NCBI GenBank assembly: GCA_000002445.1
Contig: CH464491.1
Span: 160,001 to 224,000, forward strand
From: Trypanosoma brucei
Lineage: Eukaryota
Direction: 5' to 3'
DNA: 64,000 nucleotides
Both the position numbers and the translations under genes were made by a program. Below, piece after piece: positions 9,898-20,100 of the stretch. The notes beneath the pieces are model-generated. The model saw only the letters and a list, made by a program, of their open reading frames with translations. It did no database searches and was not told the DNA's origin. The first letter of the stretch is position 1. Each line of letters begins with the position of its first letter.

Positions 9898-11037
9898 TGC
9901 AGTATGTCACAAAACGGTTTTGGACAAATACACCGTTTTATAACCTCCAGTGAAAATTTGTTAGGGCCGGTTGGCGCAATGCCCTCGATCCTGTACGATG
10001 CGGTGACTACCTTGGTGTTTGTTAACACGGTGAAAAGCTGCGAACAAAAAGTAGACAAAGCAAGCAAAAAATAAATGGAAAACAACAAACACCGAAAACG
10101 AGGCAATGATATGTTGAAAAGTGATATTCCCCCATGGAAAACAAAAAGAAGTCGACGAGTCACTGCAAACCCCCCTGTAGTTGCCGTTCCACACCAACAC
10201 GAACGCGCGCAGCCGTAAAATCGCGACATCGGCCTAACAGCGAGAATCACACGAATAATTGCGACACTTCATCATTGCATCCAAACCCAAATTGGCTCGC
10301 TGCACAACAATTTCAAATCACCACCAACAACATATCGTACAAGTTATCCCCACAGCACAGCAGCTGTAAGGTAAAGCTAAACTGCCAAAACATATGTGCA
10401 CGAGAATGTAAAAGGATATTGTCCGAACGAACTAGGGTTCGCCAACATGGCTTCGTATAACTTCCAAGAACTACCCATCAATTCATCATCAACACCAGTC
10501 ACAAAAATCTCATAAGCGAAAATATTTATATACATATATCAAATGCTAACACTAAAAACAAGACATAAATCATCTCCTTTAATTAAGAGGTGGACCAAAT
10601 AAATAAATAGAAAAGCAAATCCTACTTCGCACTCCCCACTAACCACCCACATACTTCACAGCAACACCTATTGTTAACAGTATCTGGGTCGTTCGATCAA
10701 AAAAAAAACGCAAGAAAAAAAAATGACTTTCCACCTTAAGGACAATACGAATTACCCAATATCAATGAAGAAGTCAATAATAACAAAACGAGGAGGTTAA
10801 CAAAAAGCGCACAAACAACACAGTACTAATATTCCAAGAGGTCACAAGTTTTCGCAAGCGTGCATGATTACGGTAGCAAAGTCGGGTAATATCACAACCA
10901 CTGGGGAGGCCATCCGGTCAAAGTGACTTCGTATTAGCGCCCATCAGCATCACTCAGCAGTTTATCTGGTGACTGCAGGAATAATTAATCTCACGACCTA
11001 GGGAATGGGAAAATCTTAATTTGGCACTAACCACGCC

Positions 11038-12243
11038 CTACACACCAATTACATTATCAATATGACTACGGGCCTCGCGCTGCGCCATGATATCCAGACG
11101 GTAAAATTTCCACTGCACCACCATACAGTAGAAAAAATATGCTGTTTCAAAGCACCACAAAGAAATAACCACTCCAAGGGGTATGAGAAGGTAATTGGAT
11201 TTGCCTTCATACACCTCCATAGCAAGAATCGCGCCACAGGCACCCGTATCTGGCAGTCCAACCAGCATGAATATGGCAAACGCCAGTGCCACCAATAACC
11301 CGCACAAGCTAACCAGATGCCTCGTAGCAAGCCCAGTGATACACGCCTTGTAAATGGGCCAGTGCCATACAAAGAAACTTAGAGGCACACCCAACAAGTA
11401 GGCAATCGACAGAGCAGTTGCCTGTGCCTTGTTCGAGGCCTTTGGGCCCTCAAATTCATTTTCATACGGAGAAAACGCAACTGTGATAGCCACGGACGCG
11501 TTGGCAACAAGCAACACACAGTTCACCATCCAGATCACATAGTTGAACTTCACGTATTTCCTTCTTGGTTCGGGAACCATCCCTATGGTGTGATTAACAA
11601 GGGGTTTGATACACAAAAACTTGGGTGGAAAGTTTGCCTCCAGGTTCGCCCCCTCTGTTGCTTTTAACTGATACTCTACCTGGCGTTGTAGGATATTTAA
11701 CCGCTCTTCTTCTGCCATAGCATTTTTCCACCTCTCAACCAACAGCGCATGTTCTTTCCCATCAACGGTCATACCATTTGTGTTAGTATTGCTCCTTCCC
11801 GTAATCTCCTTCACAATATCGGTTTTGCTCACTTCGGGAAGCTGGGCCGCCACTCCACCGGCGGTCACGTTCAAACCATCGCCGTCACCACCGGACACGC
11901 CCTGGTTCGAGGCGACGGCCGACGGGGGTGGATGCGACGGTATCTCTGTTGTGCTCAAGGCAGACCCCTCAGGGTAAAATGATGACGAATGTGCGTCACG
12001 ATACCTCGAGGCTGCGGGCACATCTTCACTTCGCCTACTTCTATGAAGAGACTCGTCGCTTTCAGAAAATACGTTCATTTCCTCCATATTTGTCGGGGTG
12101 TCATGCGAACCCCGAGCTTCTTGCCGTTGGGATTGGTGCGTTCGCGAATCATGATTGCCTGAAGGTGCCTGATCATCCGCATTGCTAGGTCCAAAATTGT
12201 ACTCTTCACGGATTTCATTAGCACCAAATCCCCGACCAAACAT
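11038..12243 (-). CDS. Secretory carrier membrane protein (SCAMP)-like protein.
   Basis: The first ATG is at 12243 (MFGRGFGANE...); the track start is a TTG. The region EANFPPKFLCIKPLVNHTIGMVPEPRRKYVKFNYVIWMVNCVLLV parallels the SCAMP core NNWPPLPxxFPVGPCFYQD...QKTVKLMYYLWMFH. Four hydrophobic helices and a C-terminal tail follow. The N-terminal part is acidic/Ser-rich and cytoplasmic-like. Confidence 0.65.
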   Translation of the reverse strand: MFGRGFGANEIREEYNFGPSNADDQAPSGNHDSRTHQSQRQEARGSHDTPTNMEEMNVFSESDESLHRSRRSEDVPAASRYRDAHSSSFYPEGSALSTTEIPSHPPPSAVASNQGVSGGDGDGLNVTAGGVAAQLPEVSKTDIVKEITGRSNTNTNGMTVDGKEHALLVERWKNAMAEEERLNILQRQVEYQLKATEGANLEANFPPKFLCIKPLVNHTIGMVPEPRRKYVKFNYVIWMVNCVLLVANASVAITVAFSPYENEFEGPKASNKAQATALSIAYLLGVPLSFFVWHWPIYKACITGLATRHLVSLCGLLVALAFAIFMLVGLPDTGACGAILAMEVYEGKSNYLLIPLGVVISLWCFETAYFFYCMVVQWKFYRLDIMAQREARSHIDNVIGV

Positions 12244-13335
12244 TATGGAATCAACCAGCTCAACGTAATACAAGACAAAGCTCTTACGAGGCCGTCACGC
12301 AATTCATACCAAGATTAATGTCGTTCACTAAATAGGCACCTAGAGGTTTTTCCCCGTTACCCTGTTGTGTCCAAAGATTATATGGAGGAAGACAGTCAGA
12401 GTGTGTATGCACATATGCCATAATCCCTTTCCAGCACCTACAAATAACGAAAAATAAAGTCACCAAGCGCTGGTGCGCCTGATGCAGAGGTATCATTTAC
12501 ATCAAATAAAAAAGGCTGTATGGCCCTAATATTGTCAACGCCAAAAACAAAAACCGTAGAATGTAAAAAAAAAGAACGCTTTGGGGGAAGAAACTTCGTT
12601 GATGTCCTCTCCCTCCCCCTTTTCGTTCAACTCACCTGCCATAGGTAGCTCTGTTCTTGAGCAAAAACAATACTTTGCCTTTCCAGCCCTCTATTCTTTC
12701 CCTTCGTTAATGCTGTCTCTCTTGTCACCTCGTATGTGTATATACATAAGTGTATATTGTTCTGCTCCTCTATACCACATCCGATGCGTGTTTTTGGTCT
12801 GCCGACTCGTTTGTGCACGCACCACAGTCACACTAATAAAACCTGTTGCGCACCGTTTTCCAGTTTTCAGCATCCCAAGAGGCTTTCCAACAGCAATATT
12901 TTTCCCACCTCTTCAACCCTATTCTCTCAACTCGGACGTTTTTGTTACGCTAAAGTGAAATTTTAAAAAAGGAGTATATCACCTTTCTTTTCCTCACCAC
13001 AGCACCATCTTTGACTCATCCGTGCTGGAATCTACCTCCCGCAGTTATGCTGTCCGTGGACAAGTCAAGCAACACAAGAACACAAAAAGGAGTGGCAACG
13101 GACAACAGAAAGACACAAACCGGAAAACGTAGGGAGAAACATTGTAAGCAGCAGCAGGTTCTGCCTGTGTCAATTCATTTTCCTGTATCTTTTTTCCGCA
13201 GTCTGTCTAACGAGCAACAAAAGAAGGGGAAAGATTTACTCACTTCTCTTTTTAAAATAATAATAATAAAGAAAAGGGAATGGCTACCCATCAGAAAAAC
13301 GTCTATTCAAATAAATAATAAAAGAGAGAGCCTAC

Positions 13336-13608
13336 CTATCCTGACTTGAACAGAAGAATTGCAACCTGTCCAAAGTAAAAGTACAGGAAGCTGTGCGTTT
13401 CGTGCGTGACATAACTGCCAAAGTTACGGCCAACAATACAGTGCCACGTAGGTTGATATTTCTTGTCAAACTCTTTTTTTATGTACGCCGCAATATCCTT
13501 CTCAATGTTGAACTTCTCCAAGGCTTGAAGAGCGACCTCCACTGCATCAGACTGCATGTCCTCTGGCATGTCTGCATTCTTAATAATAGCTTTCCGATCA
13601 GTAGACAT
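13336..13608 (-). CDS. Dynein light chain LC8 (DYNLL).
   Basis: The ATG at 13608 gives [90 protein letters not shown]. This is near-identical to canonical LC8 across its length of 90 aa. Confidence 0.92.
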   Translation of the reverse strand: MSTDRKAIIKNADMPEDMQSDAVEVALQALEKFNIEKDIAAYIKKEFDKKYQPTWHCIVGRNFGSYVTHETHSFLYFYFGQVAILLFKSG

Positions 13609-14145
13609 CGTAAACGAACAATATAGCGGAGTTAATAATACTTCGAAGACAGAAAGAACTATATGGAAAAGAAAGATATGGGAAAACAAAATTTGAAGAA
13701 GATTCGAGTGTTAAACTACAAAAAATATTGCTTTATGTATCAGTTGACCGTTTGACAATATATATTAAACTAATTCCCATCTACGCGCTGTGGGGTTTCA
13801 ACCTGAAAACATCACAATATCATACATAAAGTACAGCTTTCCTCTTTTCTTTCGTTTTATCTCCTTCTTTTCCGATATCAATAGCAAACGCAAGGCATCC
13901 TGGTAGAGCCCTCCAACCGCGTAGTCTAATTAGTCCCTTCATTTTTGTATCTCCCTCTATGCGCATGTAGTACCTTAATAGATTTTCTCCTCTCTTTACA
14001 TTTGCAGTTGCCTGGTCAAAACCTGCAGACAATTCCTCCCACGTTCACAAAAATAAAGTACCCTCGCAAAGAAAGAGAAATAGAAAGAAATACAAATTTC
14101 TCTCTTCTTTTAAGAAAAATGAGGAGACTTTTTTTAACCCCTTAC

Positions 14146-14940
14146 TTACCTGAATATAATAAGATTCCTTTCACTATCAACAGACTTCTTCAGCTGCAGC
14201 TTTTCTTGTTCAGCGCTGTGGTCAACCTCAGCACAAGCTGGAACAAAATCCTTCGGTACTTTTAAAACTTTACCTGTTTCGAGCTTTATTTCTTTTGCTG
14301 GGCGTTTCATTTTGTTTTCCCAGTAAAGCTTCTCTTTCCGACGCTTCTCAAGCTCTTTTCGTTTGTTGTTTTCCGGTGGCTGAAAAACGATGGCATCACG
14401 ATCTCCGAAGAATAATTCATGGTAATGGCCGTTCGTTTGCTTCTTGGGGTCAAGCGAGCCGAGTACCGGGTTGTGCGGCATGGGTAGGGGTGTATTCGGA
14501 TCTATTGTGAACCTGATTATTGTACCATGATCACGACGAGGCGAGTGCTCGGTAGAAACCTCCACTCCAGCATCACGCTTCCCATTGGCCTTTCTTTTAG
14601 AAAAGGTAACGACGGCCTTTTTCTTATCAAGAACTTCCCTCATGTCGTCTGGAATCTTAGAGAAAATATGGTCTTCTTCGCGGGAAATATTCTCCAGTAA
14701 AGCAAGAGCATCTGAATGGAGAGAGACACCTTCTTTATCAGAAAGTGTTTTAACAGCACGAGAGACGAATGAAGTTACGTCGTCAATTCTTCTAGCATTT
14801 TCCCTGAATGCGCGTGCAGAAAGGATCCTTCGCATGACGTGTGCAGGGATATCAGCACCTGACGCGACAGCAGGGTCCTCCCCATTTTCATCCGCACTCA
14901 CTGAGCGGTTCATCTCGGGGCGCTCCTCCATCAGTTCCAT
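14146..14940 (-). CDS. Hypothetical protein of about 264 aa, basic and Lys-rich at the C-terminus. It is the first gene of the minus-strand transcription unit downstream of the retroelement.
   Basis: The first ATG is at 14940 (MELMEERPEMNRSV...); the track start at 15042 is a GTG. The frame is uninterrupted to 14146. I recognise no domain. Confidence 0.5.
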   Translation of the reverse strand: MELMEERPEMNRSVSADENGEDPAVASGADIPAHVMRRILSARAFRENARRIDDVTSFVSRAVKTLSDKEGVSLHSDALALLENISREEDHIFSKIPDDMREVLDKKKAVVTFSKRKANGKRDAGVEVSTEHSPRRDHGTIIRFTIDPNTPLPMPHNPVLGSLDPKKQTNGHYHELFFGDRDAIVFQPPENNKRKELEKRRKEKLYWENKMKRPAKEIKLETGKVLKVPKDFVPACAEVDHSAEQEKLQLKKSVDSERNLIIFR

Positions 14941-16731
14941 ACGCAACGATCTTTTCGTTAACCTTTCTCGATTATATTTGAAGTATATCCTCAACCTAAC
15001 CCTAGAATAAATTGGTAAGGCACAAGAGCTGCTTAGGGCCACCGGTCACTCCCGTAACTGCAAGAACAATATACTAATATACACACGTACATGCACGAAC
15101 AAAAAGTTCTGTTGACACTTACAGTTGCTTAAAATACTAAAACCAAAGACTGGGCTCTAAACCCAAATGCACACCGCGCCTTCACATAGAAACGCAACAT
15201 TTTAAGCCGCTGAGCATGAACAAATGATTGTGTCGTCTCAACGACACATGACCGAAGAGGTGCGCAAGGACGTCCAATGACACAACAAAAGAGTGACCAC
15301 CACAATGACAATCGTTGGGCGGCGCGTTTAATTGCATTACAACTACGTCGGTACCTTCGCACTAACCATACATTTTAGTTCAAGCCAGAGAGATAACCGT
15401 GTAAAAGAAAATTTCCGTCCTTTTTCGTGACAAACGAGAGAAAACAGCCAAAGGCAACGACTTTACAGGGGAAAGGACAGGCGCTGACGAGACCAACAAC
15501 ACCTAGACATTATGCAGTACCACCGCTGGGTCCTGGTAGCACCCTGTAACCCAACCCTAGCCTCACATGAACTGTCTAAAGCACAAAAGAACGCGGACGT
15601 CACCAGTTCCAACATTAAAAGGCTATACAATAGGCTTTCAGTGATCTATTCCTATCACTTGTTTGTCTCTCTTGCTCATCCGTGGGGGAGGGGGGAACAG
15701 ACACCAATACACACCTTTCAGTCGCTATCGCGAGTCGGACTCAATTCTGCCGCTATCGTGCATGGTTAAAAGTCCCCCTGTTGTCCAAATCCCAATCGGG
15801 TTTCACGATTTCGTTGACACTGCGGCGCCGGAGGTGCAATATCTATTACACAAAGTAACGTCCCCTCCGCATCAGACTCATTCTGCGGTTATCTCATACC
15901 ACTTTTTCGCTCTAAGTCTTCGTTATTTTTTTTTATACTAGCTCTTCTTCTTTCCGTCTTTCTCCCTTTCGCGGGTGTGTGAGAGTAACTCACTGTACAT
16001 GGCCTTTCGTGTGCGATCGTTGCGGATAGTGCTCACGTTCCCAACCCCTTACACAGGGCTAAGAAAGCGCGATGCAAGTGGAGAGCGAGTGCGGGATTGG
16101 TGACACCCCTGTGCCGCGAGGAGAAGCTATGCAGGCTTTCGCGAAGTCGCATACATCGTACGATCGGCCCCTTTACAAAACATTGTACACGAGAGTGTTC
16201 GAACCAGCAGCGGTTCAGTAAGTGTTACAACGTTTCCTTCCATTCGTTGCGCCGGCTTATGCCTTCGAGTGTCGCGTGGAAGCGTTGGCCCCTTCACTAT
16301 CAAGTGCACGCTTGATCCGATTGCACGGTGTGGCGCGCACACCGGGCACACCGCCGCTGCCGCGGGCGCCCTCTCGGCACACGAAGTCCATCGGTGCCAG
16401 CTTCCTGCGCTGGAGCCTAAATCCCTTCCCACTGCCATATGCTCCGCAGCGCCCTCCGGAACAACCCCCTTGACTAAACACTCTCTGGCATATACTGAAT
16501 TATGCATCATGATCCACAAGTCTTTCCTCGACTTGACTATAACGCTTGATCACTCCGAGGGGCTGGATAATCACAACAGTTCCGCCCCCACCTTGTACAG
16601 TATCACGTTTCAGCTTCTTTTGTAAGGTGACTGGAGGGTGCACACCGAAGTTGGGCAGGCAGAGGTTGCGTTGGCACTGCCTCTGCTTACGGTTTTTTTC
16701 CAGGGGAAACAATTCACCGTTAGTCCGTATC

Positions 16732-17131
16732 TTTTTTTTTTAATTCCCATCACAACACCATGTCGAGCAGCGGGTGCCAGCGCCTACGCCGTGTATAGCC
16801 CGTACGTTTCGTGCTAATCTCTTTCCTTGAGATAGCCCGGCGCAGTTCCACTGAATCCCGCGCGACGACGGGCTGGGATTCTCTTCCACATCACCGGACA
16901 GCAGCATCTTAGTGCGGATGATACTGCTGATGACACGCTGGCACGTGCCCAGGAACCGATAAATGAAAAACGGTGTCCCAGCATAACGCTGCTGATCCCT
17001 GTGCTGTATGATGCCGTAGCCGGAGCACAGCAGTGTTCCCCATGAAAGGAATACTGCTGGCTCTTGGCTTCCCCCGATGATACGGGATACTGGACCCTGG
17101 CACCACGTTGAGGTGGCCGGCATCACCAGGG
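16732..17131 (-). mobile_element. RIME-like short non-autonomous ingi derivative of 400 bp. It has the Pr77 hallmark, about 320 nt shared with the ingi 5' end including a degenerate 2A-coding start, a 70-nt unique tail and an A10 tail.
   Basis: The minus-strand read from 17131 is CCCTGGTGATGCCGGCCACCTCAACGTGGTGCCAGGGTCCAGTATCCCGTATCATCGGGGGAAGCCAAGAGCCAGCAG, the ingi/L1Tc/RIME Pr77 signature. Its next roughly 240 nt are near-identical to 20743-20960 of the adjacent element. It ends ...GGGAATT(A)10 at 16732-16741. The track ORF 16740..17162 (-) carries MLLSGDVEENPSPSS. Confidence 0.7.
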
Positions 17132-20100
17132 CGTACGTTTCGTACGAGTCGACCCCGTACATTGAACCCTGTGATGTAGATGCGATATTGGAATACTCCT
17201 CGTTTTTGGCTGATCTACCTTGAGTGAGTCGGCACGCACACTGCCAGCTGTGAGTTCTCGGTTGGAAAAAGATCCTGGAAATGCATACGAAATTCGGGGA
17301 ATCGCCGCATACTGATGTTCATGGTGCATCCGCAGAAACAAATCCGTGCTTGCTCACCTTCCATATTTCCGGACTTGATTGACACCAGCCACGAGCTCTG
17401 CATTCACGCCATCTCGTTGTAATGCCAGCGTGTGTCAGAGTGTTTTTCACTGCCGTAATGTTCGTACTGATTGGTGGAGCTTGTGGCCATGTAAACCGAT
17501 CTTTGTTCGGGTTAGCCTCTCAGGCACAGCGGTGTTACTCGCGGGTTGATATTTCGCAGCAACCATTCACAATGCAAGGAGACGGCGATGCGCAAGCTCT
17601 CTTCCACCGTTCGCCAAGTGCCTCCTCTCGCGTCACGCCGCTGGAAGTGAATACGAACTGCAGCCCAATGCTCGCTTTCCTGCTTTCTATCTTTAGGACT
17701 GGTCGCCATAGCTCTCGTGCAGGCGGTTCGATAGCACTCAATGAGCCATTTGCTAGCGCAGTGGGGAGAGACGGCGAGTTGTTGAAAATCGACAGTTTCC
17801 TCATCGTTTTCTCCCGCATGGAGAGGTTCTTTAGTACACTCCGCGCACCAAGCTCCAGAACAATGCATTCCGCTCTGTAACTGCATGAGAGTTTCCCTGC
17901 TCCTGTCTTGGGTGCACAAATCAGCGTGTTGTTTCTATAGAGCAGGGCAGCTGCCCCGGACTTCTCACCGAGGGACACGGATCCATCAGTCCACAATTCG
18001 TAGTGCTCTCGTCGCGGTGGCTCCTTCCCCCTCCGTGCAAAATGCCGTGCAATCCACTTTTCGGAAGCCTCCCTTTTGACATCGTCAGGGTCATCAGCGC
18101 ACACAGGCTTTATCTGCGTGTGAAATATCGGTCGGCAGCTGTGGTGAAGCGTCGATGTCTCTAGTGGGTGCTCGCGTGGCTCAATGTGGAGGTGGGGGTA
18201 GAACCGCATGATGCGGGAATGTAAGACTCTGACTGGATGTTTGCTGTGGTATACTTCCTCAGCACTGCGCCGCAAACATCCGCCTCGTGACTCACACATC
18301 AGCATGAATTTCATGCTGCGCACAAGAGTGGCCGTCTTGAGTGGCAGGAGGTTTGCTTCCAGCAGAGAGTCCTCTTTGCGCGTCCCATGCTGTATGCCGG
18401 CTGTGATGCGACTGGCTTTGTGTTGTGCTGCTGCAAGGAGGTCGCGACTTCGTTTTGAAGCGTCCCAGTACCATACCTCAATGCCATGCATGGTGTGTGC
18501 CTGTACGAGTGCTAGATAAAAAGCTCTCAGCACTTGTCGTCTTGGCCCCCATGTAGAAGCTGAGATGGCTGCTATCTGCAGTAGTCGGAAGTCCATCTTG
18601 CGTCTCGTTTCGGCCGCATGTGTTGCCATCCCCTGCAGACTCTGGAATGTTACTCCAAGAAGCTTTAGTGTCCTGTCAGCTCCTATTCTTTTGCCGTCGA
18701 GTTGTAATGTAAGGGAGTGCCGCTCTATACACCCGAAGAGTGTGCACTTTGTTTTCGCTACGTTGACAGACATGAAGTACTCTTTTGACCACTGTAACAC
18801 CACGTTTAGACCGCATTGTAGTGTGTGGTTGATGACATCCCTCTCTGTGTGCCTCGCAAGTATCGTTAGGTCGTCTGCAAAGAATCCGTGCTGCAGTAAC
18901 GGCACTTCTGCAAGGCGTTGGCTCAACGAGTTCATGACAATAATGAACATGATTGGGCCAAGGACAGTTCCTTGTGGCACTCCTCGCTCAAATGTTCTGC
19001 TTCTGGAAAGCTTCTCCTTGAATCTCACTCTGCCAGTTCGGTTACTCAGAAATGATACGCACCACTTCACAATGTGGGGTGATACCTTCATTCTGTGCAT
19101 TTCCCTCGCAATTTTGTCGTGGTCTACTGTATCAAATGCCTTCTCGTAGTCAACGAATACAGCACCCGTACGAGATTGGTGCGTGGGGCGGCAGAGGGCA
19201 GCGCGGACGTGCAGGAGTTGTTCGAGCGTTGAGCATCCGGGGCGAAAGCCTGATTGCTGCGGCGTCAGCTGGGACTCAACAGTGTCTCTAAGTCTCGCGG
19301 CAATTATGCGCTCCATGACTTTGCAGAGACAGCTCGTGAGCGTCACAGGCCTGTAAGAATCGAGGTCCTCCGCCTTTTTTCCGGCCTTCAGGATGGGGAT
19401 GATAACACCAGTCTTCCATGCAGGCGGCACGACTCCCGTTCGTAGGCTCTCATTGAATAGCCTCAGAACAACATTCAGCGCTGTTCTACCGAGATGTTGC
19501 AGTGCCTCGTTGTATAAGCAATCAGGTCCGGCTGCGGATCCACTCGGTAGCAGTTTGATCGATCTCCGTAGTTCAGCCATCGTGATGGGACTGAACTCAC
19601 TCGCTATCGTCTTTATTGGTGCCGGTGGGTGTGAGTCGGTGTGCCTTCTTGCGCGGGACGAGTACAGTTTAATGAACCTCTCAGCTTGACGGTAGTCCGT
19701 GATGGCCGCGTTATCAACAAGTACAGCCGGTGTGGTTAGTGGTCGTGGCGCATATACCTTCTTGAAAATGTGCCAACTGCAGCGGTCTGACACCGCAAGT
19801 CTGGAGTATAGCGTGCTCCATCTCTTCTTTGTGATACGGTCCAGGATCTGCTTACGCGTGGCTACCAACTTTTCCCCTCGGTGGGAGGGTCCGCATCCAG
19901 CGATCTCTTCATCGAGTTTCGCGAGCTCAGGTGTCCAATGTGGTGACGTTGCTCTGCAGCCACGGGGGACGGAGACCTTCGTCGCAATGCGGATGGCGGA
20001 GCTCAATTTCTGTTCCAGGGTGTTGACGTTCTTCTTTCTACCAATTTTCCTGCAGTACTCGTCAACCTTCAGACGGAAATTCCTCCAGTCAGCTTTTAGC

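Noticed and set aside
16127-16625. ORFs on both strands (16127-16519 minus, 16269-16625 plus) between the first minus-strand gene and the RIME-like element.
   Set aside because: They overlap one another with no domain or start context and lie in GC-rich sequence. They are more likely a relic or pseudogenic sequence; see the finding on the 15043-16731 flank.
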